A DNA stretch of 64,000 bases from positions 917 through 64,916 of the forward strand of contig JAVBNI010000084.1 of NCBI GenBank assembly GCA_031551645.1. The letters are read 5' to 3'. Within the stretch, counting starts at the first letter, position 1; each line of letters opens with the position of its first letter. The stretch is from Bacteroidales bacterium. Lineage in GTDB: Bacteria; Bacteroidota; Bacteroidia; Bacteroidales; UBA4181. Shown here one piece after another: positions 55,211-64,000 of the stretch. Under the pieces are notes generated by a model. It had not been told where the DNA came from. It saw only the letters and a program-made list of their open reading frames with translations, and ran no database searches. A program made the position numbers and the translations under genes.

Positions 55211-55243
55211 GAATGGAGAATGGAGAATTGAAAATGGAGAATG
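55202..55243. repeat. Heptamer tandem repeat (gagaatg gagaatg gagaatt gaaaatg gagaatg)
   Basis: Five clear units lie at 55209-55243. The array begins inside the TGA stop of the HAD gene (55208-10). Confidence 0.85.
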
Positions 55244-55345
55244 GGGACGTATTAAGTCAATATGATACATAAAAGTGAAAACATCGATTATTTACCGGCA
55301 AGTACTTAATTGAATATGTACCTTAATATCAAATAAAAACACCGA

Positions 55346-56326
55346 ATGTATAAAAATATTTTTGCAATCGTATTCATGGTGGTCGTCCTTTCGGGATGCC
55401 GGATGTCATCTGAAAAAGTACAGATAAAGATCGAACGTATGGAACAAAGCCTGTTTTCCATTCCGATCGACTCGATAGCCGCATCCATTCCCCGGATAAA
55501 ACAGCAATACGGGGAATTATTCGACTTGTATAACCATAAAGTGATACGCATTGGTTCATCGGACGATCCACAGTATGCGGAAAGACTAACCGGTTTTTTA
55601 ACCGATTCGTACATGAATATGGCCTACCGGAAAGCCCGGGAAATATATCCTGATATCAAGGATATTGAAACAGGTTTGAGCAAAGCGTTTTCCATCTATC
55701 ACGAGATATTTCCCGAACGTGATATCCCTTCGGTGTATACTTTGATCTCGGGCTTCAACTACCATATGGTTACCGCCGATACCATTCTTGCCATTGCGCT
55801 TGACGAGTATCTCGGCGCAAAAGAGGAAATGTACCTGCGCCTGAATTTAGCCAATTACCAGCGTCAACTGATGGACAAAAAATATATCGTCCCGGATTGC
55901 ATGAAAGCATGGGGGTATACCGAATTTCCTTACAACGATTCGATCGACAATGTTTTGACCAATATCCTGTACGAAGGAAAAATAGCCTATTACGCACGCC
56001 AAATGCTTCCCCATACACCCGACAGCCTGATATTTGGTTATACCCCGGACCAGCTTCATTGGTGCGAGAACAACACCAAACAGATGTGGACATTTCTCGT
56101 TGAAAAGAAAATGTTGTATGCAACCGATTATCTGACCATCAACAAATTGACAGGCGCGGCTCCATTTTGTTCATTATTTACACCCGAATCGCCCGGCCGT
56201 GCGGCAGTTTGGCTGGGTTATCAGATTATCCGGTCATACATGAAACACAATACAGTATCGCTCGAAGAATTGCTGTTGGATAACGATTACCAGGACATTC
56301 TGGCAAAAGCCAGATTCAAGCCGTAA
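55346..56326 (+). CDS. gldB: GldB-like gliding-motility lipoprotein
   Basis: It has a lipoprotein signal (FAIVFMVVVLSGC). Size (326 aa) and overall sequence character recall the GldB family. This is recognition from memory and is not verified. Confidence 0.5.
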   Translation: MYKNIFAIVFMVVVLSGCRMSSEKVQIKIERMEQSLFSIPIDSIAASIPRIKQQYGELFDLYNHKVIRIGSSDDPQYAERLTGFLTDSYMNMAYRKAREIYPDIKDIETGLSKAFSIYHEIFPERDIPSVYTLISGFNYHMVTADTILAIALDEYLGAKEEMYLRLNLANYQRQLMDKKYIVPDCMKAWGYTEFPYNDSIDNVLTNILYEGKIAYYARQMLPHTPDSLIFGYTPDQLHWCENNTKQMWTFLVEKKMLYATDYLTINKLTGAAPFCSLFTPESPGRAAVWLGYQIIRSYMKHNTVSLEELLLDNDYQDILAKARFKP

Positions 56327-56347
56327 GGAATTGAATATTCAATATTT
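56327..56347. repeat. Post-stop heptamer repeat (ggaattg aatattc aatattt)
   Basis: It lies immediately after the TAA at 56324-26. Confidence 0.5.
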
Positions 56348-56371
56348 AAACCGGAAATCAACAATCACCCA

Positions 56372-56872
56372 TTGATTAGAATAGGCATTCTTTCCGATAC
56401 ACATGGTTTCATTGAACCGAAACTATTTGATTTTTTCGCTTCCTGCGATATGCTCTTTCATGCAGGAGATATCGGCAATATGGAAACAGCCGATGCTTTG
56501 GCTGCATTTAAACCATTGGTAGCCGTGTATGGTAATATTGACGGGTCGGATGTACGTGCAACATATCCCGAAATACAACGTATCCAATGCGAAGATGTCG
56601 ATATCCTGATGACGCACATCGGCGGTTATCCGGGCCGTTACGACCGCAAAATATACCCTGTGTTGAAATCCTATCCGCCTCAATTGTTTATCGCAGGGCA
56701 TTCACATATACTTAAAGTAATGTACGATAAATCGATTCATTTTCTACATATCAATCCCGGCGCCATCGGCAACAGCGGGATTCACCATGTAAAAACAGCT
56801 GTACGCCTTGTCATAGACGGCAGTAATATGAAAGATCTGGAAATACTCGAATTGGCACGAAAAAAACAATGA
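56372..56872 (+). CDS. YfcE/MJ0936-family metallophosphoesterase
   Basis: TTG start. Motifs: GILSDTHG, HAGDIG, GNID, GHSH. Confidence 0.85.
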   Translation: MIRIGILSDTHGFIEPKLFDFFASCDMLFHAGDIGNMETADALAAFKPLVAVYGNIDGSDVRATYPEIQRIQCEDVDILMTHIGGYPGRYDRKIYPVLKSYPPQLFIAGHSHILKVMYDKSIHFLHINPGAIGNSGIHHVKTAVRLVIDGSNMKDLEILELARKKQ

Positions 56873-56873
56873 T

Positions 56874-57941
56874 ATGATCTTGGTAATTAATCCCGGCTCT
56901 ACGTCCACCAAAATAGCGTTGTACGATCGATCGGATGTCGTATTTCAAAAAACCATCCGCCACTCGGCCGATGAATTGGCACAGTATGCAAGTATTCCTG
57001 AACAATTGCCTTTCCGTAAACAACTAATATTGGAGCAACTGCAGGAAGCTGATATTGATCTGAACCGGCTACAGGCGATTATCGGACGCGGTGGCCTTAT
57101 AAAACCTGTTAAATCAGGCATCTACCAGGTAAACGAACTGATGAAGGAACATCTGCGTGCAGGATACCAGGGACAACACGCCAGTAACCTGGGCGGGCTC
57201 ATTGCCGCTGAAATCGCCGCCGAATGTCCGCAAGATGTTACGACCTACATTGCCGATCCTGTAGTGGTGGACGAGTTGCAACCCTGTGCACGCATCGCTG
57301 GCCATCCCTTGTTCGAACGTAAATCGGTCTTCCATGCTCTCAATCAAAAAGCCGTAGCCCGCATGTACGCACAATCCATCGGGAAACCATACGAAAAACT
57401 GAATCTGATTATCGCACATTTAGGCGGAGGCGTATCTGTAGGAGCACATCATCAGGGCAATGTCATCGACGTGAATCAAGCCCTTGATGGCGACGGCCCG
57501 TTCTCGCCCGAACGTAGCGGTACATTGCCTGTCGGACAATTGGCTGATCTTTGTTTCAGCGGCCGGTACAATCACGATGAGGTTCAGCAAATACTGTGTG
57601 GTAAAGGTGGATTGGTCGCATATTGCAACAGCAACGACGTGCAGCAATTAATCAAACAAGCAGAAAATGATTCGTATACCGAACTTATCCTGAACGCATT
57701 CTGTTATCAGGTAGCTAAAGAAATAGGTGCAATGGGCGCTGTACTAAAAGGCGAAACAGGTCAAATAATCCTTACCGGAGGAATCGCCTACAACACATGG
57801 ATTACCGAACGCATCGCCGCATATGTTTCTTTTGTTGCACCTGTCACTGTATATCCGGGAGAGGACGAAATGGCCGCCTTAGCCATGAATATGGAAATGG
57901 TATTGAATGGCCAACTGGTGGCAGAAACATATTGTAATTGA
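56874..57941 (+). CDS. buk: Butyrate kinase
   Basis: MILVINPGSTSTKIALYD and IAHLGGGVSVGAH, 355 aa. It starts 1 nt after the previous stop. Confidence 0.9.
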   Translation: MILVINPGSTSTKIALYDRSDVVFQKTIRHSADELAQYASIPEQLPFRKQLILEQLQEADIDLNRLQAIIGRGGLIKPVKSGIYQVNELMKEHLRAGYQGQHASNLGGLIAAEIAAECPQDVTTYIADPVVVDELQPCARIAGHPLFERKSVFHALNQKAVARMYAQSIGKPYEKLNLIIAHLGGGVSVGAHHQGNVIDVNQALDGDGPFSPERSGTLPVGQLADLCFSGRYNHDEVQQILCGKGGLVAYCNSNDVQQLIKQAENDSYTELILNAFCYQVAKEIGAMGAVLKGETGQIILTGGIAYNTWITERIAAYVSFVAPVTVYPGEDEMAALAMNMEMVLNGQLVAETYCN

Positions 57942-57954
57942 AAATTGAGAATGT
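57934..57954. repeat. Short heptamer repeat across the buk stop (gtaattg aaaattg agaatgt)
   Basis: Three units. It contains gaaaatt/gagaatg in the buk sense orientation. Confidence 0.45.
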
Positions 57955-58019
57955 ATAGTAGACCATTCAGGCGAGTTTATGTTCAAAGGAAATAACTCAA
58001 CGAAGTTGTGTTATTTGTT

Positions 58020-58061
58020 AACTTTCAACTTTCCATTGTCAATTGTCCATTGTCAATTCAT
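58020..58061. repeat. Heptamer tandem repeat (aactttc x2, cattgtc aattgtc cattgtc aattcat)
   Basis: Six units abut the rluA-family stop (58062-64). Read in that gene's sense strand they are gacaatg/gacaatt/gaaagtt. Confidence 0.8.
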
Positions 58062-58736
58062 TCATAATCCGTCACTCATCACTTCCCATAGCTTATCTTC
58101 CGGAAGAGGAGCAATCAGATTAATTTCCTGGTTTTTAACCGGATGCTTAAAACATATCTGCCGTGCATGCAGACTGATACCGCCATCGGGATTCGAACGC
58201 GGATAACCATACTTTAGATCTCCACGAATAGGACAGCCTATTGATGCTAACTGGCAACGGATCTGATGGTGACGTCCGGTTTCCAATTCAATTTCCAATA
58301 AATGATATCGATCGGACGAAGAAAGATGCTTATAATGCAAAATAGCCTTCTTCGCACCAGGTTTTTCCTTTGAATAACAGAATGAGCGGTTTTTCTGTGA
58401 ATTACGTTCAATATAATGTATCAGAGTGTCACTTTCCTTGGGAGGATAATTTTTAACAATGGCCCAATAAGTTTTCTTAATAGCTTTATCCTGAAACATC
58501 TGGTTCAATCGTATCAGTGCTTTCGAAGTCCGAGCAAACAAAACGATACCGCTCACCGGCCTGTCAACACGATGCACAACACCTAAAAAAACGTCGCCGG
58601 GCTTATCGTATTTTTTCTTCAGATAGTCTTTTATGATTTGCTCTAATGGCACATCACCCGTTTTATCGGTTTGTACGATTTCGCCGCAACGTTTGTTGAC
58701 AACAATCAAATGGTTATCTTCGTAGAGAATATCCAA
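58062..58736 (-). CDS. RluA-family pseudouridine synthase
   Basis: HRVDRPVSGIVLFART is a variant of the catalytic HRLD motif. Also LYEDNHLIVVNK and GRHHQIRCQL. Confidence 0.88.
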   Translation of the reverse strand: MDILYEDNHLIVVNKRCGEIVQTDKTGDVPLEQIIKDYLKKKYDKPGDVFLGVVHRVDRPVSGIVLFARTSKALIRLNQMFQDKAIKKTYWAIVKNYPPKESDTLIHYIERNSQKNRSFCYSKEKPGAKKAILHYKHLSSSDRYHLLEIELETGRHHQIRCQLASIGCPIRGDLKYGYPRSNPDGGISLHARQICFKHPVKNQEINLIAPLPEDKLWEVMSDGL

Positions 58737-58891
58737 AATCGGAAGATTAAGAGATTATTTCTTAAAATGACTTTAATATTGTTTACCATATCTATCGACC
58801 ATGTTAGCAGCTTCGTAGCCTGACAGGTCTTTGACGTGTCGACCTGATAGGGTCGGAATAGAACGACACTGAAATGACTTTCCTAATAAAC

Positions 58892-58933
58892 AATATTCAA
58901 TTATCGATTATCAATTATCAATATTCAATTACC
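58892..58933. repeat. Heptamer tandem repeat (aatattc aattatc gattatc aattatc aatattc aattacc)
   Basis: Six units in the panB-rluA spacer. On the minus (sense) strand they read ggtaatt gaatatt gataatt gataatc gataatt gaatatt. Confidence 0.85.
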
Positions 58934-59030
58934 TAATGTTAAATTAATTATAAAGTAGCACTATAAAAATTTATAATTAATTAAAAATATGCGTGTTGCA
59001 ATTACCTCCAGTGAGACCGTTTACGCTAAG

Positions 59031-59051
59031 TTCTTAATTCTTAACTCTTAA
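59031..59051. repeat. Heptamer tandem repeat (ttcttaa ttcttaa ctcttaa)
   Basis: Three units lie ~36 nt downstream of the panB stop. One further ttcttaa lies at 59073-79. Confidence 0.7.
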
Positions 59052-59086
59052 TTGGCTCCGCCGAGCTAAAGGTTCTTAATTTAACA

Positions 59087-59902
59087 CTAATATTGTTCCT
59101 TTTCGTTGGGAAAATCACCCGTACGTACATCATGGATATATTGTTGTACGGCACCTGTTATTTCATCAAACAGGTTGAGATAACGACGAAGAAAACGTGG
59201 AGAGAACTCATTGTTCAATCCCAGCATGTCGTGCAGTACCAATACCTGTCCGTCCACCTGAGGCCCAGCGCCAATCCCGATAATGGGTATTTTCACTTCC
59301 TGCGCCACTTTCCCGGCAAGAACGGCCGGAATTTTCTCCACTACGATACCGAAACATCCAAGTTCTTCAAGCAAATGGGCATCCTCGAGTAATTTTTGCG
59401 CTTCGGCTTCTTCACGGGCACGTACCGCATATGTACCGAATTTATTAATAGACTGCGGAGTAAGTCCCAGATGCCCCATCACGGGAATACCTGCACTGAG
59501 AATACGCGTGATCGATTCGGCAACTTCGCTTCCGCCTTCGAGCTTGATAGCCGATGCGCCCGTCTCTTTCATGATACGTACGGCCGATGCAAGCGCCTGT
59601 TTGGAATTACCCTGATAGGAACCGAATGGCAAGTCGACAACGACTAATGCCCGATTTACTCCACGCACGACCGACGAAGCATAGTTGATCATTTCATCCA
59701 GCGTGATCGGAAGAGTGGTTTCATATCCGGCCATCACATTGGACGCCGAGTCACCAACCAATACCACTTCAATGCCCGCATTGTCAAGAATACGCGCCAT
59801 TGAGTAATCATACCCGGTAAGCATAGTGATTTTTTCACCTTTCAATTTCATCTCACTCAATACATGAGTGGTAATTCTTTTTACATTTTGGTGTACTGAC
59901 AT
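59087..59902 (-). CDS. panB: 3-methyl-2-oxobutanoate hydroxymethyltransferase
   Basis: [40 protein letters not shown]. Confidence 0.95.
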   Translation of the reverse strand: MSVHQNVKRITTHVLSEMKLKGEKITMLTGYDYSMARILDNAGIEVVLVGDSASNVMAGYETTLPITLDEMINYASSVVRGVNRALVVVDLPFGSYQGNSKQALASAVRIMKETGASAIKLEGGSEVAESITRILSAGIPVMGHLGLTPQSINKFGTYAVRAREEAEAQKLLEDAHLLEELGCFGIVVEKIPAVLAGKVAQEVKIPIIGIGAGPQVDGQVLVLHDMLGLNNEFSPRFLRRYLNLFDEITGAVQQYIHDVRTGDFPNEKEQY

Positions 59903-59940
59903 GACACAGTTATTATAATTCTGAAAATAATTTACATAAT

Positions 59941-59973
59941 AAAGAAACGGATTTAACAGACAGAAGTTAATCC
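59941..59973 (-). terminator. Hairpin plus T-rich tail after the coiled-coil protein gene
   Basis: Minus strand: GGATTAAC-8 nt-GTTAAATCC (one bulge) followed by gtttcttt. Confidence 0.35.
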
Positions 59974-60018
59974 TTTATCTGTAAAACCCGTTTATTGTAT
60001 GATTGTTTGTCTATTGAC

Positions 60019-60939
60019 TTATTTCAATGAAAACGTGGATGAACCTACCATATATCCGTCACAATAGATGTTTACTTCGTAGTTTCCTGCAGTCAACTGG
60101 TTATTGTTGTCTGCAAAAATACACACTTCGATATCTTTGTTTTCATATTCGATTTTACGGAATGCCGTGTAAACGATATCCCCGCCACTTTGTACCGGAA
60201 ATGTAGCATTAGATTTATTGGCAAGTACTTTTTTGTCGGGTTTGGTTATTACTAAGTAGAAAACCTTTTCTTCGGCAGAGGCCACCTGGTTTTCGCGAAC
60301 AGTAAAACAGGTTGATAATTTTTCAATGTTTCTCACCCGTTGGGTGTCCTTGCTCCGACTGTTAAGCCCCTGCACTGTAATATCAGATACGGTTAATACC
60401 TGCGCCTTTTGTACGGTAGAGGTCAGTTTATCTTTGTCTTCAGACAACCGCGTGCGTTGCGCCCGTTCCTGGGCCAATGATTTGGTTAATTCCGTTTTTT
60501 CGGCAGACAATGCCAGATTACGTTGGTTCAATGAGTCAACCTGGATGATATAACTTTTTAGCACCTCGCGTAATGTCGACAATTCTTTTTGATACATTTT
60601 TATTTTATAGGCATTGTCAGCCTGAACTGCCAGCATCTTGGTGATTTTTTCCTGCTGGGCTACGGCCAATGTCTGTAAGCTGTCGTTATTGGTTTGCAAT
60701 GAACCAAACTGGTCTTGCAGGTCGGTCAGGTCGCTTTCCAATGTTTGTTTTTGCGTTTCAAGTATTTCCTGTACTTCAGCCGCCTGTTTCTTTTGATCAC
60801 TTAACTTCGAGAGCATAATCCCTATGCCCGAACCAAGTACCAAAATGATAATAACCAATAAAATAAGAATTCCTTTAGATGGGCCTTTATTTTCGTTTTC
60901 TGTGGATACCGGTGGTATCACTTTATTATTACTTTCCAT
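60019..60939 (-). CDS. Membrane-anchored coiled-coil protein, function unknown
   Basis: It has an N-terminal TM (ILILLVIIILVLGSGIGIML), ~150 aa of Q/L/E-rich heptad sequence and a C-terminal beta-rich domain. Confidence 0.55.
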   Translation of the reverse strand: MESNNKVIPPVSTENENKGPSKGILILLVIIILVLGSGIGIMLSKLSDQKKQAAEVQEILETQKQTLESDLTDLQDQFGSLQTNNDSLQTLAVAQQEKITKMLAVQADNAYKIKMYQKELSTLREVLKSYIIQVDSLNQRNLALSAEKTELTKSLAQERAQRTRLSEDKDKLTSTVQKAQVLTVSDITVQGLNSRSKDTQRVRNIEKLSTCFTVRENQVASAEEKVFYLVITKPDKKVLANKSNATFPVQSGGDIVYTAFRKIEYENKDIEVCIFADNNNQLTAGNYEVNIYCDGYMVGSSTFSLK

Positions 60940-61342
60940 GATTACAATGTTTGATTATTAATTAAAAAACCGCCCAAAGTTACATAATCATTTGAATTTT
61001 TCAATATATGCATTACTTTTCGTGGCGTTTTCTTTTAGCCAAACTTCTTCAATAGCAACTCATTTGACAAAAAATATATTGTAATCTTCTTCCTATGAAA
61101 TTTTTCCAACAATTGAATTCTCCGGATGTACGCAAAAACATTTACTAAAAAGCAAACAAAATACACTGGAAATCGTATAACAGGATATTTACGGCCATGA
61201 ATATTTTATAGTTTTATTTCTTTACCTGCAGGGTTGGGAAGAGTATTTTTTGTTGTTTATTTGCTGAAAATATGAAAACATATTTTTATTTTATAAATAG
61301 ATAATAACACAACCGTATTAATATTGACGCACATCTGAATAC

Positions 61343-64000
61343 ATGAGAGTTTTATATTATAAACATATATTGTTTTTTTTACTTGCTGTTTCATTCAACT
61401 GCTCTGCACAAGTTGAAACAAAACGCTGGTGGAATCTTGAAGCGACACTTGCTACGGATAGGGCGGTTTTTTGTACCGACGATGAAATCAAACCTATGGA
61501 TAACCTTCTTGTAAATGCGCGAGAAGCGCGGGATAATGCAGCTAAGCTGCATATATTCCTTGACATCATCCGCACTTGTCAGGAAGAAGGCACGATATAC
61601 CGGGCTATACAATATGCCGACAGTGCAATGGCTAATGCCCTCAGGTTAAATGATTCACTTTCCATTTGCCGTATTTATGTCGCTTCGGTCTATCATATGG
61701 ATTTGTGTGGCAATCCCGGTGCAATGCTAACAGAAGCCAGGTTATCCCAAAGATGGATGCCACATTCGGCAACAGGAACAATAGATGAATTCAAAGTATG
61801 GGCGTCGATGGGCGATGCCTTTCTAAAACTCTTACGTTATGACGAAGCCGAGAAAGCATATCGTAAAGCGTGGGACGTTTCGGATCATCTTGACAACCGA
61901 AAAGCCCCGGGATATGCGTATTTGAATATTGGCAAAGCCTTATATGGTGCCGGGAAAATAGATAAAGCGATAAATGCATACCGTCAAGGTGTTAGTGTAT
62001 TCAAAGCTCTGGGTGATACGTTAAATTGTTGCGTACTCTATAGCCAGATAGCCTTATCGTATTCCGACCTGGGAATGCGCAACAAACAATTAGAATATCT
62101 GCGTTTAACGTTAAACACAAGCGAACACCTGCACAATTACCTGCAGCGGGCAGCAGTTTATCGTATCCTTGGTGCTTTCTACAGGGAACAGAATGACAGT
62201 ACACTTGCTACCGAATTTTACCGGAAAGCCATCGAAGCCTTCCAAAAAATTCCAAACAAACACATCCCGACATTGGGTGACAGTCATAGTGATATGGCCG
62301 ATTTTTACAATTACCTGGGAGACAAAGAAAAAGCATTGTATTACCAAAGGCTTTCCATCAAAAGTTACCAGGATTTACCAAGAACCGTTACACTGATGAG
62401 CTATAGATTGGGGTACCTACACTTCCAGTATGGACAACCTGACTCGGCCTTATATTATTTCAACGATGCACACAACAGAGCGCTCATCTTGAATGATCCT
62501 CGTTTGCTGGCCACCAGTTGTAAAGGATTAGCCGATTACTATCGCTCTACAGGCAATATTTCACAAGCAATTGGTTTTGCTGAAAAATCATATGAAAACG
62601 CAAAAAAGATACAGTTACTCGAATTGGTTCGCGAACTGTCGGGAATGCTGGGCGACATGTATGCCGAAACCGGCAGATATCAACAAGCATATGCATTACA
62701 GGCACGGCACAGATCGCTGACAGACTCCCTTACCCTGGCCGAGAGTAACAGGGATGCGTCACGCCTGCAAGCACAAATTGAACTTGCCAATGAGGAAAAC
62801 AAAATGAGCATGCAGATTACGGAACAACAACGACGCATCCAAACACAATGGATTTTTTCAATACTGTTAGTCTGTATATTGATCCTTTTGCTCGTATTGG
62901 TTGTTACAGCACTGAAAAATTATAAACAGCGGCAAAAGGTCAACATGCAATTGAGCAAGCAGAAGGAAGAGCTGGCCATTGCCAATGAAGAATATGCCGC
63001 CATCAATGAAGAACTGAATCAGAAAAACGAGCAATTAATGGACGAATTCGCCCGTCGTATGGAAGTATTACAACAGTTGGCCGACAGCGAAAGTAAAATT
63101 CTCAGCTTCATCCAACAATCCTCCGAGGGTATTATGATGTTTGACGAAACAGGCCGTGTAATGGAATGGAACCACACATTGGAACTGATGACGGGACTTT
63201 CGCATGATGAAGTTATGGGCAAATACGAATGGGATATCATATGGAATCATTTTCCTGAAAAGGAACGTACCCCACAACTTCTGGACGCACTGAAACAATC
63301 GCGGCAGGACTATATCAAGGGCGGTAATAAACAAGACCCGTTGATCGAAGAAATGGAGTTATTCATACATGGGCAAATCCGCTATATGCAGGCATCCATA
63401 TTTCCTATAGAAGCTGCTGGTACTTGCTTCTTTGGACGCATCCTGCGCGATATCACCGAGCAAAAATTAACCGATATGGAGTTGGAAAAGTATCAGACCC
63501 AATTGGAACAAATGGTCGAAATAAAAACCCATGAACTGACCGTAGCCAAGGAAAAAGCGGAAGAGTCGGATAAACTCAAATCGGCCTTTCTGGCCAATAT
63601 GTCGCACGAGATACGTACTCCGCTCAATGGAATTGTCGGTTTTCTTAATTTTCTCGGTTCGGACAACCTGCCGGCCGGCCGCCGCAAGGAATATGCCAGT
63701 ATCGTCAATAACAGCAGCGAACAGTTAGTCAAACTGATAGACGACATCATAGACGTAGCCAAAATAGAAGCCGGACAAATGGACATACATCCCATACCGT
63801 TCCGTCTTAACCACCTGATGTACGAACTACAGATATTTTTCGAAACATACCTGAAAAGCAGCCAAAAGGGGCATGTTGAAATGATACTTGACGATAGCGG
63901 GTTTATCGACTCATGTATTGCTTTGGTCGACCCGGTACGTTTACGGCAGGTGCTGAACAACCTGATAGGAAATGCTATCAAATTCACCGACAAAGGCTTC
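61343..64000 (+). CDS. Sensor histidine kinase with an extracytoplasmic TPR-like domain, TM, coiled coil, PAS and HisKA/HATPase (3' partial)
   Basis: Not in the ORF track because it runs off the window. My manual translation from ATG 61343 stays open to 64000 (886 codons). It has a signal peptide (LFFLLAVSFNCSAQ), TPR-like repeats (AEKAYRKA, AINAYRQG, ATEFYRKAIEAF), a TM (WIFSILLVCILILLLVLVV), a PAS region, the H-box FLANMSHEIRTPLNG and the N-box LNNLIGNAIKFT. Confidence 0.85.
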   Translation, partial: MRVLYYKHILFFLLAVSFNCSAQVETKRWWNLEATLATDRAVFCTDDEIKPMDNLLVNAREARDNAAKLHIFLDIIRTCQEEGTIYRAIQYADSAMANALRLNDSLSICRIYVASVYHMDLCGNPGAMLTEARLSQRWMPHSATGTIDEFKVWASMGDAFLKLLRYDEAEKAYRKAWDVSDHLDNRKAPGYAYLNIGKALYGAGKIDKAINAYRQGVSVFKALGDTLNCCVLYSQIALSYSDLGMRNKQLEYLRLTLNTSEHLHNYLQRAAVYRILGAFYREQNDSTLATEFYRKAIEAFQKIPNKHIPTLGDSHSDMADFYNYLGDKEKALYYQRLSIKSYQDLPRTVTLMSYRLGYLHFQYGQPDSALYYFNDAHNRALILNDPRLLATSCKGLADYYRSTGNISQAIGFAEKSYENAKKIQLLELVRELSGMLGDMYAETGRYQQAYALQARHRSLTDSLTLAESNRDASRLQAQIELANEENKMSMQITEQQRRIQTQWIFSILLVCILILLLVLVVTALKNYKQRQKVNMQLSKQKEELAIANEEYAAINEELNQKNEQLMDEFARRMEVLQQLADSESKILSFIQQSSEGIMMFDETGRVMEWNHTLELMTGLSHDEVMGKYEWDIIWNHFPEKERTPQLLDALKQSRQDYIKGGNKQDPLIEEMELFIHGQIRYMQASIFPIEAAGTCFFGRILRDITEQKLTDMELEKYQTQLEQMVEIKTHELTVAKEKAEESDKLKSAFLANMSHEIRTPLNGIVGFLNFLGSDNLPAGRRKEYASIVNNSSEQLVKLIDDIIDVAKIEAGQMDIHPIPFRLNHLMYELQIFFETYLKSSQKGHVEMILDDSGFIDSCIALVDPVRLRQVLNNLIGNAIKFTDKGF

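Noticed and set aside
57985-58018. Imperfect hairpin (aaataactcaac-gaa-gttgtgttattt) between the convergent buk and rluA-family genes as a bidirectional terminator.
   Set aside because: The stem is AT-rich with an internal mismatch and lacks flanking T/A runs, so the evidence is too weak to annotate.
63493-63993. 166-aa minus-strand ORF at the window end.
   Set aside because: It is antisense to the histidine-kinase reading frame, which carries unambiguous H-box and N-box motifs.

Overview
This is a chromosomal window from a Bacteroidota-type genome. The evidence is a Bacteroidetes-style ribosomal operon, a GldB-like lipoprotein and TAnnTTTG -7 promoter boxes. No rRNA, tRNA, CRISPR array, transposase or integrase was recognised. 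Layout by coordinate: (1) 0.5-9.9 kb, minus strand: an MFS transporter and the 3' half of the ribosomal spc/alpha supercluster (rpsH-rplF-rplR-rpsE-rpmD-rplO-secY-map-infA-rpmJ-rpsM-rpsK-rpsD-rpoA-rplQ). The cluster stops abruptly upstream of rpsH. (2) 10.2-17.7 kb, plus strand: a secreted hypothetical protein, a UvrD/AddA-like helicase-nuclease, a Tat-signal GH38 alpha-mannosidase and a TonB-C-like protein. (3) 18.1-43.2 kb, minus strand: a ~25 kb co-directional, AT-rich surface-polysaccharide locus. It is headed by a CheY-like receiver and a pseudo-receiver::phosphoglycosyltransferase fusion. It also carries a half-size TolC-like OMP, a PCP with a degenerate kinase domain, Wzy, Wzx, several GT2/GT-B transferases, an acetyltransferase, a pyruvyl transferase and a Cys-less AsnB-like adenylating enzyme. 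Its most striking content is six tandem paralogous ATP-grasp amidoligase genes (20904-27948). I consider this array the best candidate for an undescribed system, namely stepwise ATP-grasp amino-acid or peptide decoration of a glycan. (4) 43.6-52.2 kb: an epimerase, a ferritin-like::VIT1 transporter, and a hyfB-C-E-F-like membrane module with no hydrogenase catalytic subunits, apparently co-transcribed with a SpmA/B-like protein. (5) 52.5-64 kb: dnaG, a HAD hydrolase, gldB-like, a phosphoesterase, buk, rluA-family, panB, a coiled-coil protein and a 3'-truncated TPR-PAS histidine kinase. A dispersed family of 7-nt periodic GA-N-AAT-T/G tandem repeats sits immediately after many stop codons. All functional calls come from reading motifs in the ORF translations; no database search could be run.
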